Origin: Chara braunii
Lineage: Eukaryota > Plantae > Charophyceae
Length of the DNA stretch: 45,364 nucleotides
Reading direction: 5' to 3'
Assembly: GCA_003427395.1 (NCBI GenBank)
Contig: BFEA01000028.1
Span: 527,484 to 572,847, forward strand
Position numbers and translations under genes: made by a program
Notes under the pieces: generated by a model
Database searches by the model: none
Told to the model about the DNA's origin: nothing
Seen by the model: the letters and a program-made list of their open reading frames with translations, nothing else
In this document: positions 21,829 through 34,724 of the stretch, in pieces
How the letters are laid out: every line of letters starts with the position of its first letter
How positions within the stretch are numbered: the stretch's first letter is position 1

Positions 21829-23481
21829 ATTACCCGTCTCTTAAATTTTTAACCGTAGAGGGGAGTGGTGGTTTAAGTACCATCAATACTTTGCTTTGGC
21901 AAACTTAAGGATAAAAAATAAAACATCCCAGATTTTTTGGATGAACATTGCCACCAAAATAAAAAAATGATTACTCGGCAACCAAAAAAAAAAGAAGATG
22001 CCTCATTTTTTTCTCTCTCCCATAAAAGAAATTATCCTTAGCAAAAAAAAGGTTCAAAGATATTGGTGGTGTAATCTTTGTCAACACTGCACATAAATAA
22101 TAATACAAGCGGCACGGCCAATGCAAGTCACCAAAATACTGAACAATAAACAATAGTACAACATATAAGTTAGAGGACATAGGCAAAGCAATGAGACCAA
22201 TAGTAAGGCAATCATGTATGTAAAAAAACCAGTAACACAAACAACATGTTGAAAAGAACATATCACCAAGAGAATACGTGAAATAGGAAGCATGCTAAAA
22301 GACATTATGTCTAATTTAACAACCAAACAAACAAATTGTCAAAAAATAAGCAAGTAAAAACACATGGTTGGTGGATGGGAAGCAAGCCGACAGACTCGGA
22401 GGAGCAAATACGAGGCAATCCATATATCCAATACCTAAAAAAACAATTCATTACTTACTTACACAAATAGAATGGTGAAGACTGTTGGTTATCACGAACC
22501 CTTAAATCGGAAAACCAGTATGATAAAAGTCTATCATTATTCATGAAACATGCACGTACAAACATCTAAGACGGCGCGGTTTTCCTGATAGTGTTATAAC
22601 CACTCAAAACAATTATATATTCACTAGTAAATATTTTTTTAGATACAATTTAAAGGCACATCAAATATAAAAAAGAAATATAAAAAAAAATTAATAATAA
22701 TTGTGTGTGTGTAAAACAATTTTGGGTATTGAAAAAGTTACATTAATTAAAAAGTACCTTTCACATACATATTATGTAAAAGACATCAATCAAACTATCC
22801 ACCCACTAATCCATCCATCTATTGACCTACCTATTATTTACTTATTCATTTATTTACGTACCCATCTATTTATTAATCCATTTATTTAAGTCACCTTTAC
22901 CCTTGAACCTATGTTAACACCCGACTACCAAATTGTTGGGCCTTTTTTATCGACCCTTTTCTTTCCACCGTCCCATCGGGACATATTTTTCCCTCATGTG
23001 AGGCATTTTGTTTTTTCTTTTTCTTATTCCTTAGTTTTTTTTTTCCCGTTATTTTTATTTTGTGAGTTTGTGTGTTTCTTCTCTCTTATGCTGCATAATA
23101 TACCTCGTGTTCCTCAATATGGCTGAGGGGATCATAGTAGTGGCACGCTTTACCATCTTTTCCCCCGAGCACAACGCTGTCGAGCGCACGGTTTCCGCTG
23201 GGGGAACCTTCCCGGCCGCGTCACGTAGGATTGGCAGTGTTCGCAAGTCGCTCCGACCAAGTGCGCCAGCTATACTTCCACCGAGTCCCTACGACAGGAC
23301 AGGGTCTCGCGAGGTACAACTTACCTCCACCTGCGGGAGCTGTCACCATCCCTTGAGTGGGAGTATCCCCGCCGAGCTACTGAACCACACGCGAAAACTT
23401 TTACTTGCAATCGCGAAGGTGGCCCAGCGGAGGGCGTTTCTCGTATGCTGTAGCATAGGGGGTAAGCGCGGTCCACGCCTA

Positions 23482-23992
23482 CAACAGAAAAATTTTCCAG
23501 AATTAAATAATCATTCTATAGTAAAATTACAATCTAAATTTCAAATGTTCGTTCCATCTTAGAAAATGTCATTCCAATTTTAAAATTTTTCATCTTAGTT
23601 GCAAACTTTCATTCCAAGAATAGGGTATCCCTTCTTATTTGGATTGCATGCTAGAGGTGGAATGAAAGTCTGGATGAGTTCATGAAATATTTTAATTTAA
23701 CTGTCATTTTAAGTAAGAATTTTCAATCATGAATAGGTTAATTCAATCTATATTAGAAGTACTAGAATGAAAATTTAATTAAAACATTTCATAAACTCGT
23801 CCAAACTTTCGTTCCATCTTGAACAAATAGTTGTAGTTGGAAGGGAAAACTCATATTTAGACGGGAACTTATCGAATAAAACTGTAAATTTTAGAAGTGG
23901 ACGAACATTGGAATGATAATTTATAAATATGAAGGATTTTTTTTTATGGAATGTTTTTTCAACTTTCATTTCTCGTGGGAATTTTTCTGTTG
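23482..23992. mobile_element. AT-rich non-autonomous TIR element (MITE), probable TA target duplication
   Basis: The ends read ta|caacagaaaaattttcca (23482..) and tgggaatttttctgttg|ta (..23992). Internal ttcgttccatctt / ggaatgaa motifs repeat. GC content drops sharply relative to both flanks. Confidence 0.75.
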
Positions 23993-25529
23993 TAGCTCGG
24001 ACCCGTACGCGAACCGTCACTCTGGGGCTCTGATCTCCCACGTGCGATTCAGCGTCAGTCGACTAGGACATCGTAACTCAACCACACGATACACGACAAA
24101 ACAAAGTAACTCATACACGCAAATTAACCTAGTCCCTTTTTCATACGTCCTGACGCATAACTCAAAACTGTCAATGTGTCTGAGCGAGGTCCTTTTGGCA
24201 GTCCCCACTCAAGCAAATTAAAAGAAAGAAAAGGGCGAGTCTCAGGGGAAATCAGGGAGAGTCTTTCTCACAGCCATAGTTGAGTCTTGTCACTCACACC
24301 CTTCATTCATTCACCCATATCACCCTTAATTCAGGAGCGAGCCATCGCTCCCATACGTACCTGCCCACACATGGAATCCAATGAAAATCCACACGCGGAT
24401 GCCACAAAACGAGGTCAACTCCTCTGCTCCAAGGTTCATGTCCCACATGCCCCTTTCTGACCCCCACTCAACAAAGGCATATCCGCCCGTCCCGATTTTC
24501 ACAACTTTTGGATGGCCATTCAAGAGAGGTACCAAGGGTAGGTTTTCTTTCACACGGAGATGCCTTTCGCCTATAGGGTCACAGACATTTGGGCGTGGGT
24601 ATCATGGTGGATCGGAGTTGAGTCGCAAACCGACCTGCTATCAGGTGATAGCAGAAGTTGATGAAGCTCAAGACTTCGAAGAAACTCTCGCAGGTAGCAA
24701 TGACCTGCGCCACAATAATCAAGGCAGACATCGCTTGTCGAGTTAACGAAGTTCAATTTCGTAACGCACTCTAAGCTTACTTAGCAGCAGCGTCCTGTAA
24801 CGATATGAAAATCCCGAAAATTTTGACAGCACTTCCTTTAGGGAAGTGTGCTCGCAGAATATTTATTATATCAAATCTACAAAGAAAACTCCAGATTTAG
24901 AAAACATTTGAAAATAAGCCAACTCTTTGGTTTCAGTAGAAATTTTCGCAGCACTTCCTTTAGGAAGGAAGGCCTCCAGAATTCCTACTGACTCCAAAAG
25001 ACCAAACTATATCCTATCCTAGTTGACATCTCCGAGACTTGACTAACCCTGAATGTTTAACAGAAATTTCGGCAGCACTTCCCCTAAGGAAAAGAGGCTC
25101 CCATAACTTCCACTATCTCAAAGGCTAGCCAAAGTTATATAAAAAACAATCATACACAAGAAGATAAATGCGAAAAACAAAAGTGAGCATCTGCCTACCT
25201 ATCACTCAAGCATAAAGCGAGCACTAACAGACTACCCTATAATGCAGAAGACAGACAGAGCTTGAGCAAAAGACAAGGCATTGCCAACAAGCATGTCAGA
25301 TCAACAATGCATTCAACCAAATTCAAAACAAGGGTTCGTTCATCCAAAGTTTTCATCTTTCGCTTATCTTGATCACAAAAACCATAAGTCTTGTATCTTA
25401 GTACTTAGTTCATTAACCTTCCAAGTTGTTCTCAGTCAAACCCCATGCAATCACTAACACGCTTAGCCCGAACTATTCTCACAAGGAGAAGAGTCAGACC
25501 CTTTGTCAACAAGCAAAACTGACTGACTC

Positions 25530-26432
25530 AGCAAAGCGACCAGATCGGTCAGGAGAACCTCATCTCCAGCCCCATTTCAATGTCTTAGGCAAGCAGCAAA
25601 GCGACCGGATCAGTCTGGAGGACCTCATCTCCAGCCCCATTTCAATGTCTTAGGCAATTAACAAAGCGACCGGATCAGTCTGGAGGACCTCATCTCTAGC
25701 CCCATTTCAATGTCTTAAGCAAACAACAAGGCGACCGGATCAGTCCGGAGGACCTCATCTCCAACCCGATTTCAATGTCTTAGGCAATCAGCAAAGCGAC
25801 CGGATCAGTCTGGAGGACCTAATCTCCAGCCTCATTTCAATGTCTTAAGCAAACAGCAAAGCGACCGGATCAGTCTGGAGGACCTCATCTCCAGCCCCAT
25901 TTCAATGTCTTAGGCAATCAGCAAAGCGNNNNNNNNNNNNNNNNNNNNNNNNNNNNNNNNNNNNNNNNNNNNNNNNNNNNNNNNNNNNNNNNNNNNNNNN
26001 NNNNNNNNNNNNNNNNNNNNNNNNNNNNNNNNNNNNNNNNNNNNNNNNNNNNNNNNNNNNNNNNNNNNNNNNNNNNNNNNNNNNNNNNNNNNNNNNNNNN
26101 NNNNNNNNNNNNNNNNNNNNNNNNNNNNNNNNNNNNNNNNNNNNNNNNNNNNNNNNNNNNNNNNNNNNNNNNNNNNNNNNNNNNNNNNNNNNNNNNNNNN
26201 NNNNNNNNNNNNNNNNNNNNNNNNNNNNNNNNNNNNNNNNNNNNNNNNNNNNNNNNNNNNNNNNNNNNNNNNNNNNNNNNNNNNNNNNNNNNNNNNNNNN
26301 NNNNNNNNNNNNNNNNNNNNNNNNNNNNNNNNNNNNNNNNNNNNNNNNNNNNNNNNNNNNNNNCATTTCAATGTCTTAAGCAAACAGCAAAGCGACCGGA
26401 TCAGTCTGGAGGAACTCATCTCCAGCCCCATT
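25530..26432. repeat. 65-bp tandem minisatellite spanning an assembly gap
   Basis: gcgaccggatcagtctggaggacctcatctccagccccatttcaatgtctta recurs at 25601, 25666, 25731, 25796, 25861, 25926 and after the gap at 26392. Confidence 0.95.
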
Positions 26433-27204
26433 AAAATCATAGCATGCAAAGATCGTGACTTTTCTGCACAGACAGATGATTTGGACATACATAGTACTTT
26501 CCCCTTCTGATTCAGTTAAAGTCCTGAAAAAAAAAAAAAAAAACGTATACACAAGTCAAAGTCAGACAGACCAAGCGTCAAGTTTGTATAGATAGGGGAT
26601 ATTAGGATTCTAATGGTATAGTGTCGGCCTACCTATGAGTTCCCTGCCTCCAGAGTCCCGCCTGGGCTCCGGCAGAGCTCCCGCAATCGGTGGGTCAACC
26701 TCCCACAAAGGTCTTGATGCGGTCCCACGGGTTGCAATCCCGCCTGCCGCCTTCCTCTAAACCTAGACTAGACTGAGATTTAGAAGGAAAGAAAAAGAGA
26801 AGTCAGTCTCTCAGGATTCCAGAGGATCACTCAGACTCGCGCGGAGAGGGCCTTGTTGCCTTCAGATCCCGAGGGCCCCGCAATAGCGGCAATAGCGGCC
26901 AATAGCGTAGTGGAGATGGTCAAACCACGACCAAAACGCAGAATAACAGCTTCCTGATAAACCTCAAAGTTGTAATAGTATTCTCGTTGCAGATCCTGAT
27001 CCACCCTCTGAAGCCTCAGTGTCTTGCCCCTGATAAAACAGCCGCCATGCAGCCTAGAAAGACCACGCTCGAATAGAGTCTCCCCCCCCCTGTGTCCTAC
27101 TCGAACGCGGGCGTAATCACAGAAATACCCATCAGCAGTACGCAGCAGCAAGGTTTAACAGCAAGGTTCACTAATGCAAGCCTCTTCCTGGTGTAACAAT
27201 GCTT

Positions 27205-27800
27205 GTCTTGTTAGCAGCAGGCAAGTCTCCTTCCGGTGGCTGGAATCTTGTGTGAGTAACACACAGTCCAATAGATAAATTTTCGGTATGCTGCTGGCCT
27301 CACGCCTCTCCCTCCGACTGTGTGAGCAATGCGCAGTCTTCTGGGTAAGTTGTCTGTCCGCCGCTGGCCTGCTGCAGCTCCCTTCCGACTGTGTGGGCAA
27401 CACACAGTCCGACATGTACTTCTCCAATCTGCTGCTGGCCTGTACGCTACTCCCTTCGGTCTATGTGTGCAGTGCACCGTACAACAGGGAAATCTCCAAG
27501 TTATCNNNNNNNNNNNNNNNNNNNNNNNNNNNNNNNNNNNNNNNNNNNNNNNNNNNNNNNNNNNNNNNNNNNNNNNNNNNNNNNTCGCTGACCTGCTACA
27601 GCTTCCTTCTGACTGTGTGAGCAACACACAGTCCGACAGGTACTTCTTCAATCTGCTGCTGGCCTGTACGCTACTCCCTCTGATCGGTACGAGCAATGCA
27701 GTCCATCAGGTAAGTTCTTCATCCTCCGCTGGCCTCGTGCTACTTCCCCGGATCCGGTGAGCAGCGTACCGCCCAATAGGTAAGTCCTCAACCCTTTCCG
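27205..27800. repeat. Degenerate ~70-bp tandem repeat containing a gactgtgtg-N5-cacacagtc hairpin
   Basis: The motifs tgctgctggcct, gactgtgtgagcaacacacagtcc and aggtaagt recur. Confidence 0.75.
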
Positions 27801-29100
27801 TAGTAGCAATAACCTGCCAGGGAGACCTGCTGCATCGCCTGATTGCACGGCCTTTAGCAGTCCCCACTGTGCTGCGATAGTCAAGGGAGTAAAATCGCAG
27901 CAGTTGCGGCCGAAAAAAACATGCAGCAATAGCACTTGAGTTCAAAATATTACATCTGGGTTCAGTAGTGGCACAAATGATGGAAGAAAACAACACCCCA
28001 ATAGTCAAAGCAGTTCAAACAGATCATCCTTGTCATTCTTGACGCGTATTGCCCTTGGCAACGGTAAGTCGATGGTCTGATCATGGTCAAGCAGCTTCTG
28101 AGTAAATAGCAGATCAAAGCACCAGTGTCTGTCTCGGCTTTGCAGGCTATGTCATGCCTGAAGGCACAAACTGCAGCTCCAAACGTTCCGACTGAGCCAC
28201 AAAGCATCGAGAGAGCTTCAAGAAGCAGTCGTATCAGCAGCATAAGTTGTCTGTTACCTCAACAGACGATGAACAACGACCCTTGAAATACTCGCGGATG
28301 TCGGGTACTTAGACTACCGTCATGATCAGGTAAGCAATTCCACAAGTCAAACTCAAACGAGTTCTGCGATACTGAAATGATCAATAGGCCACGCTCTCAT
28401 AATCTGCATTCTTACTGAAAATTAAAATCGAATGAGTTTTCCCTTCCTGTTCCACACAAAACCTCTATACTTGTTGAGCTTCGTTAGAACACATGCGTTA
28501 CCTCCTAACAGATGTGTTGTCCCAGCAGGACTCCCGTCGGCATCCGCAACAGCAAATGCAGTACATAAGGATGTCAGACATGCAGATCGTAAATAACTTT
28601 GACTATCATGAGGGAAACCTCGAAAGTAACCAGCTACCAATGGTCCAAGTAGCCTATCGCTTTTGTATCAAACTCTGACGGACAACTTTCACTTCGATAT
28701 TAGTGCCAGCCTCCACCGCAGTCTTCTCAGGCCTTGCCTTACTCAAAAATAGTTCACTATCTTTCGAGTCCAACAGGCATGCACACACTCAAACTTCTCC
28801 CAGCAGGCCGCAGTAGGCAGATGGTGCAATGCCATACGCTCCATTCAAATTTCTTCCACTATAAAAGCTAAGCATCCACTTGCCAGCATGCACATCGAAC
28901 TCCTCGGCTTGCATGCCAGTATCCCGACATACCGAGGGCCCCAACAGGCCTGCCGCTAAAACTCCTCACCAATGTGCAAATTGAGAATGAATCTTCCCAA
29001 AAAATAGGGAAGATTCTTCGCCATTGTAATCGTCCTCCACTGCGCCCGCCGATTGTTTCTGACTTCCCAGCTCAAAGAAGGTAAGCTCCTCCCTCCTTCC

Positions 29101-29105
<5 letters not shown>

Positions 29106-29190
<85 letters not shown>
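29106..29190. repeat. (CT)n microsatellite
   Basis: Seen directly in the sequence. Confidence 0.98.
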
Positions 29191-29192
<2 letters not shown>

Positions 29193-30597
29193 GGTCTGCA
29201 ATGCTCCCGCCCTTTCTGATCCTACCTCCTTCTAGCGCACCTGGCCGATACCTTGGTCAGATCCACGCGCTCGTTTCAACCCCCGTGTGAGGAGAACAAC
29301 CCCGAGGATCGATTGGTACTACCGAATCTCTTGAAGAAGAAGAAGATCATGACTTCGAACTAGGCAGGAGTTGAGATAAAGTGCACGAGCAGCGGGGCAA
29401 TCTCCGAGGAGGAACGTAATCAACAGCAGCAAAAGACTTTGATCCATCATCCACAAAATAAAAAATAAATAAAAACGAACCTTCCACTAGATCATGAACA
29501 GATTCATGTGCCCTTTAACAGACGCTGGAGATTTCGATGGAGGCGGACACAACGAATACAGCGAGCAGCCACCTATTGAGTACTATGACCACGAATAGTT
29601 AACAGTGCTCAGACAACTCGGCTAGATTTGCTTACCACTACGAGTTGTGACCTTGACGCTTGAAAATGAAATTTTATATAACGACGAACACTTCCAATGA
29701 GTACTGCCACAGTCGAGATCACTATCTTCACTGAAACCCCGACCTCATGACAGCATAGTGGTGACTTTGGTCAACAGCGCAATCAGCATCCGCTGAATGT
29801 GCAAGACGAGACTGAATCTTCACCCATATCATAGAAAGATACATTACGATCTTTCTTTATTACTTCCACTTGGTCTTCCCCGGAGCTCTTGTTACTTGCG
29901 GTAGGAAAACTATCACCCCAACTCAAAATCTGGCACTGCCAACTGATTCATATTATGCCAAAACCTCTATATAGCATTTTACCTTGCTCGAATCCGTTGA
30001 AAAATGAGCGAGATATGCTCCCATCACGCTTTCCTTCTCATCCCCTCCGCGCAGCCTCTGACATTCGTGCCGACCAAACCACTATCCTATGGCAAAAACT
30101 AGCATCACCATTGCACTCGCCTTGCCTCAAAACCCCGAAATCGAGCCTTAGTTCGCCAGATTCCGCTAAGGAACAGGCAAGATATCAATTATCTGCCCTG
30201 CCATATCTCACTCCTCTCCTTCGTCGTCACCTCGAANTTCCCGTCTCCGTCCTTTTTGCTATGGAATCCTCCTTGTAACCTCCGAGCTCAAGTGCCCTCC
30301 TACCAGCTGGTCCGACAGGCTTCAAGGATTGAAAGTTCCCATTACTCGTGGCCTGTTGGATCACGCCTTATGGCCGAGCCTCTAAAATGCGCTCTCGGCC
30401 TCTCCACTTTGAACAAACAACCCCCCCCTTTTCTGCACATGAACCCGGCCAGGCCCCCTGCCTACATGCATTAGGAGCTGGCCACAACTTATGTGACCGA
30501 GGGCACACTCATATGAGACCAACCCAGGCAACCCAGACTTAGCTTATTTGGTCCCCCTCCCCTTAATTGCATCTGGGCTCGAACTTCAGCCCGTGTT

Positions 30598-30980
30598 TCA
30601 GCAGCCCGTGGGTGTACCGACTAAGCTTGCTTAGATGCCGAACTCACAGGACTGCTCTTCAACAACCTGCGGGTGTATCAACTGAGCTTCCGTGGGTGGT
30701 GCTCTCACAGGACAGTTTTTTGACAGCCTGCAAGTGTACCAACTGAGCTTGCGTGGGTGGTGCTGGTCCCACAGGCCTGTTCTTCGACAGCCTGCAGGTG
30801 TACCAACTGTGCTGAGCCGTGGTGCTGGTCCCATAGGCCTATTCTCTCAGCAGTTCGAGGGTGTACCAATTGCGCTAGGCCGTGGTGCTGGTCCCACAGG
30901 CCTATTCTCTCAGCAGTTAGTGGCATCTGTCCCACAGGTCTGTTTTCAAAAGTCTGCGGTGTACCAACTGAGCTTAGCCT
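30598..30980. repeat. Degenerate ~60-64-bp tandem repeat, ~6 units
   Basis: ggtgtaccaactgagct and gtggtgctggtcccacagg recur. Confidence 0.8.
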
Positions 30981-31446
30981 AAAGGTGGTGGTCCCAGCAA
31001 CCTACGCTGGCCGGCACCCTACCTCTATTAAGGAAGGTGTCGACGCAATTGTTATCTATCCCCGTCTTGGTGGGGATACTGAACTCACGTCTGTCCGCTC
31101 ATTGTTCAGCAAGCTCAAACACTTTTTAGTTTTCTTTTTGAAGTTCTTTTCGGTACTTCTTCGTTGTCAGTCCCGGGGCCAGTTTCCGGCCTGGTCAATG
31201 GACGGAAAAACGGAGAAAAGTAAAAATAAAAATAAAAATAAATCAACAAAATAAAAATAATAGAGTTGGAGAAGACGAGGATCTGCCGACGCCCTTTTGG
31301 TCTTGCCAGTCAAACCCAGGTTTGGGCCCGTCCGATAAAACCAAGGGTGATAATCACTTAAGACCCTCGACCCCTCAGTCTCCGCCTGTCGTGCTTCTTT
31401 GCTCCATCACCGCTTGCTAGCCTCGAACCCCAAACCTGTCGCTCGA

Positions 31447-31544
31447 AAGCCCGATATCGTAACCAATAGGGCGAAGCCCGATATCGTAACCAATAGGGCA
31501 AAGCCCAAGTCTGAACTAAGTAGGGGCGAACCCGCATATAAATA
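31447..31544 (+). promoter_or_regulatory. Pol II promoter-like module (2 x 27-bp CCAAT repeat + TATAAATA), probably LTR U3
   Basis: aagcccgatatcgtaaccaatagggc occurs twice (31447-31500), followed by TATAAATA at 31537-31544. Confidence 0.45.
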
Positions 31545-32434
31545 GTCGCGGGACCATGGTCGGTCCTTCTCGCACAAACCAGGCCTTCGCCTTGCCCTAT
31601 CAGCCAACCTCCTGGCCGTCTGAAGATGTCGAGATGCCGCTTGCGCCTAGGATCGTAGCTATCTAGCATCCTGGTCATCGGGTGCTTGACATATTCTGCC
31701 AACTTTCGACTTTCCCCCCCATACTAGATTTGCCAACACCGCGCCTTTCCGTGCGTCGCCAAACACAATGATCTTCCACGCGCGTGCACAAAGTAGGGTC
31801 TTTACCTCCTTTGCAACACATCCCGCCAGAGGCCGAGCCAGTTCGTGGAGTAAAGCTAGTCTTTATAAAAGAAAAAATATATATAATCAAACTGAAAACT
31901 ATAGAAAACGTAACCAGGCCCTATGGCTTGACGCCTTCCGCCGGACTAGTGTCGCCGCTGTCTAGACAACCATCTCACAGTGCAACGCAATAATGCATGC
32001 CCCCCACACTCTCTAATTCAATTGTATTCGACTCGGAGACTTGCCAAGAGCGAGATTGCCGAGGCGAGCGTCCTGACGCGATTGGCCCCATCAGCGCATT
32101 ACGTTGTTCAAGGATGCACCATGTGCGACCTTTAAAAAAGGATGGCAAATACCCTTGTAAGGGTGTTTGCTACGACGACGCACCCTGATAACTAATGTTT
32201 ACAAATGATATTTCCACTCCGGTACAACCATCATGAGGCATGTTGAGATCNNNNNNNNNNNNNNNNNNNNNNNNNNNNNNNNNNNNNNNNNNNNNNNNNN
32301 NNNNNNNNNNNNNNNNNNNNNNNNNNNNNNNNNNNNNNNNNNNNNNNNNNNNNNNNNNNNNNNNNNNNNNNNNNNNNNNNNNNNNNNNNNNNNNNNNNNN
32401 NNNNNNNNNNNNNNNNNNNNNNNNNNNNNNNNNN

Positions 32435-32435
32435 N

Positions 32436-32492
<57 letters not shown>
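32435..32492. repeat. (AG)n microsatellite beside a gap
   Basis: Seen directly in the sequence. Confidence 0.98.
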
Positions 32493-32495
<3 letters not shown>

Positions 32496-33509
32496 AAGCA
32501 TGTTGCACAATCGTCGGGGATACATGCAAAGAGCATTGCTTAACTGAACAACATCACACTAACTTACATCTCGGTGCCTTTTTTATAATGTGGAGATCGT
32601 TGTTTTGTGAGTCATAGGAACCTCCTCAAACGCCCAACCACATCTGCCTCAACCTTGCCCATGCACTCCGCGCCAAGGGCAAAATGAGTTTTTTGGAAAA
32701 TTTCTTCGTGTTTGGGGCAGTGTGGTTTAGTTCATCCATCAACCCATACATCATATAGATACCTATATCCATTTGTGTCTATGTTATAAGAACTACATTA
32801 CAACAATACATACGTTTGCAAGTGTGCAAAAGCAACAATTTTGTATTATTTAGAGAGGTAGATAACATTAAAAAAGTGGTACAAATAAGGGTTGGGTGGA
32901 TCAGAAGAACGATTTTGATAAATAGTAAGTAAATTATTTAGAACTCTCATGCAAACTGACGAGATTAACAAAAGGCAACACAAAGTAGGACACTAACAAC
33001 TACTAGTGTTTCACATATATTTTTGTAACGAAATTTTTATACATCACTACTCCTCCGGACAATCAAAAGTTAGGTTGATAAGAGGGAGTTGAAGATCAGT
33101 AGTCTAGAGGGATATGGAGGTCGGTGACAAAAAGAAATAAAAATACTTAAGTATTTTAGGCTTTTGGACCCTGCAAATTGCAAACGAAATGCATAGCCCC
33201 CATGCAGCCAAGGGTCAAGGTATGTGGCGAAGTTGCCAATGAGTATGAGAGGGGCAAATGCAGAAGTTTGAGGCATTCTTGCGTGCCCTGTGTTTTAGGA
33301 GTATTTCAACATTTTTTTTTCCCCATAAATTTGAAATATACATTATGACTTTTTGGAGCTCCGAGGAAGTTTCCTAAAGAAACTTTAGGATTTTTTGCAA
33401 TGTCGTTTCACCTATCATCGAGGAGGTCCCCCTTTCTTTATGAACTTTTGCACCATCCTCGAGGAGGTCCCCCAAAGACGTTTACTTTTGGGTTTCCTGT
33501 AGGCCTGTG

Positions 33510-33830
33510 ACGGATTTCATATGATTATACATGGTCGCACGAGAGTGTCGCATGTTTGTGCGATGAACATCGTGGTCCAACGTGCGGTGGATGGCGTGGT
33601 TCAGTGCGGTGGACGGCAGGCGACCGATTTCATATGATTATACATGGTCACGTGGTAGCGTCGCATGTCCGTTCAGTGGACGGTGGGGGACCAGTTTCAT
33701 ATGATTATACATGGTTGTGAGGGAGCGTCGCATGTGTGTGCGGTAGACGGCGTGGTCCGACGTGCAGTGGACAGCATGGTTCTACGTCGCATGTCCGTGC
33801 AGTATACGTGCGGTGGACAGTGGAGTGAGT
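33510..33830. repeat. Degenerate tandem repeat with conserved tttcatatgattatacatggt core (3 copies)
   Basis: The core is at ~33515, ~33628 and ~33695. The intervening sequences are related to each other (gtcgcatgt, gcggtgga). Confidence 0.8.
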
Positions 33831-34029
33831 ATCATATGTGGAACAACATGACCACCAGTAGCAGCAGAGCGACGAGGAGCAGCACCAACAGTACCTGCAG
33901 TACAGGTCGACCATGAATGGCACAACAGAAAGGGCAGCGCAGCCATGTATGCTATCAGAAGTGCACAAAGTGATGACACATGAGAGAAAACGATGCTCCA
34001 ACGAAAGCACTGCAAAAAAAAATAAAAAT

Positions 34030-34250
34030 TTTGACGTCGGAAAACATTCAACAGTGTGGGCTCCTGTACGATGGCAGGTGAAAACGATGATGCAACCCAC
34101 CGGAAGTAAAGCAACAACGGTAACCAGAGAAGCCCGTTGGAGGACAAGGCAAATGTTGGAGGGTGGGGAATGTCTGCATTGCGACCGTTGTACCATGACA
34201 GGACCACAAAAATTGCAAAAACTCTTCGTCAATAGTCTACGTGAATCACG
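34030..34250 (+). pseudogene. Possible BED zinc-finger remnant of a hAT-type transposase
   Basis: KHSTVWAPVRW...CLHC...TG resembles the BED pattern (S-x-VW-x-H/aromatic ... CxxC). The distal His ligands are not evident. Confidence 0.25.
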
Positions 34251-34724
34251 GTTTCTCGGGCTCCAAGGAACCTCGTGTGGTCTCTTTGGGGAATCCTTGG
34301 AGTGCAAATAATTTTTCTCGGATTGTTTTCACCTTTTTGTTCATGATTTCAACGTTGGGGACAGATAAAATGAGCACGTATTTTATGCAATCTCATCCCC
34401 GAGGAGGGTCGAACGACGCCCTTTATAGCCCTACCGATAGTGAAGTTTTAGCCTTCAATTGCATGCAACCTCATCAAGACAATACTCATACTGGGGGGGG
34501 GTTTATACTAAAATCAGCAAGTAGTTGCGGTCAGATTCATCATGGTCCGGACGTAATAGCAACAAAATGCATTTAGGAAAATGTGAATGTGAGTATGTCC
34601 TCACACCAGGACGTGATTCTGCATTCATACTTTTTCGTTCCTTTGATATATTTGCCTCTCTAAGCTTTACACATGATTTCGTTTTTTTCCCCCTTCGTAT
34701 TCTCTCAAATTCTTTCATCTTTTA

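Larger units (their letters stand above)
24796..31250. mobile_element. Possible LTR-retrotransposon-derived non-coding region (long LTR/UTR-like, carrying internal minisatellites)
   Basis: It starts with tgtaacg, holds three minisatellite blocks and a ~123-bp-period cagcacttcc repeat. I found no gag/pol motif, PBS or second LTR, so this is a weak call. Confidence 0.3.

Noticed and set aside
21329-21908. Long Leu/Phe-, Pro-, Ser- or Lys/Arg-rich ORFs
   Set aside because: They are artefacts of a polypyrimidine tract that lacks stop codons in several frames.
25530-26432. CRISPR-like array
   Set aside because: The 65-bp units are contiguous with no unique spacers, there are no cas genes, and the context is eukaryotic.
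33510-33830. Repeat-spacer (CRISPR-like) pattern around tttcatatgattatacatggt
   Set aside because: There are only three copies with irregular spacing, and the 'spacers' are homologous to each other.
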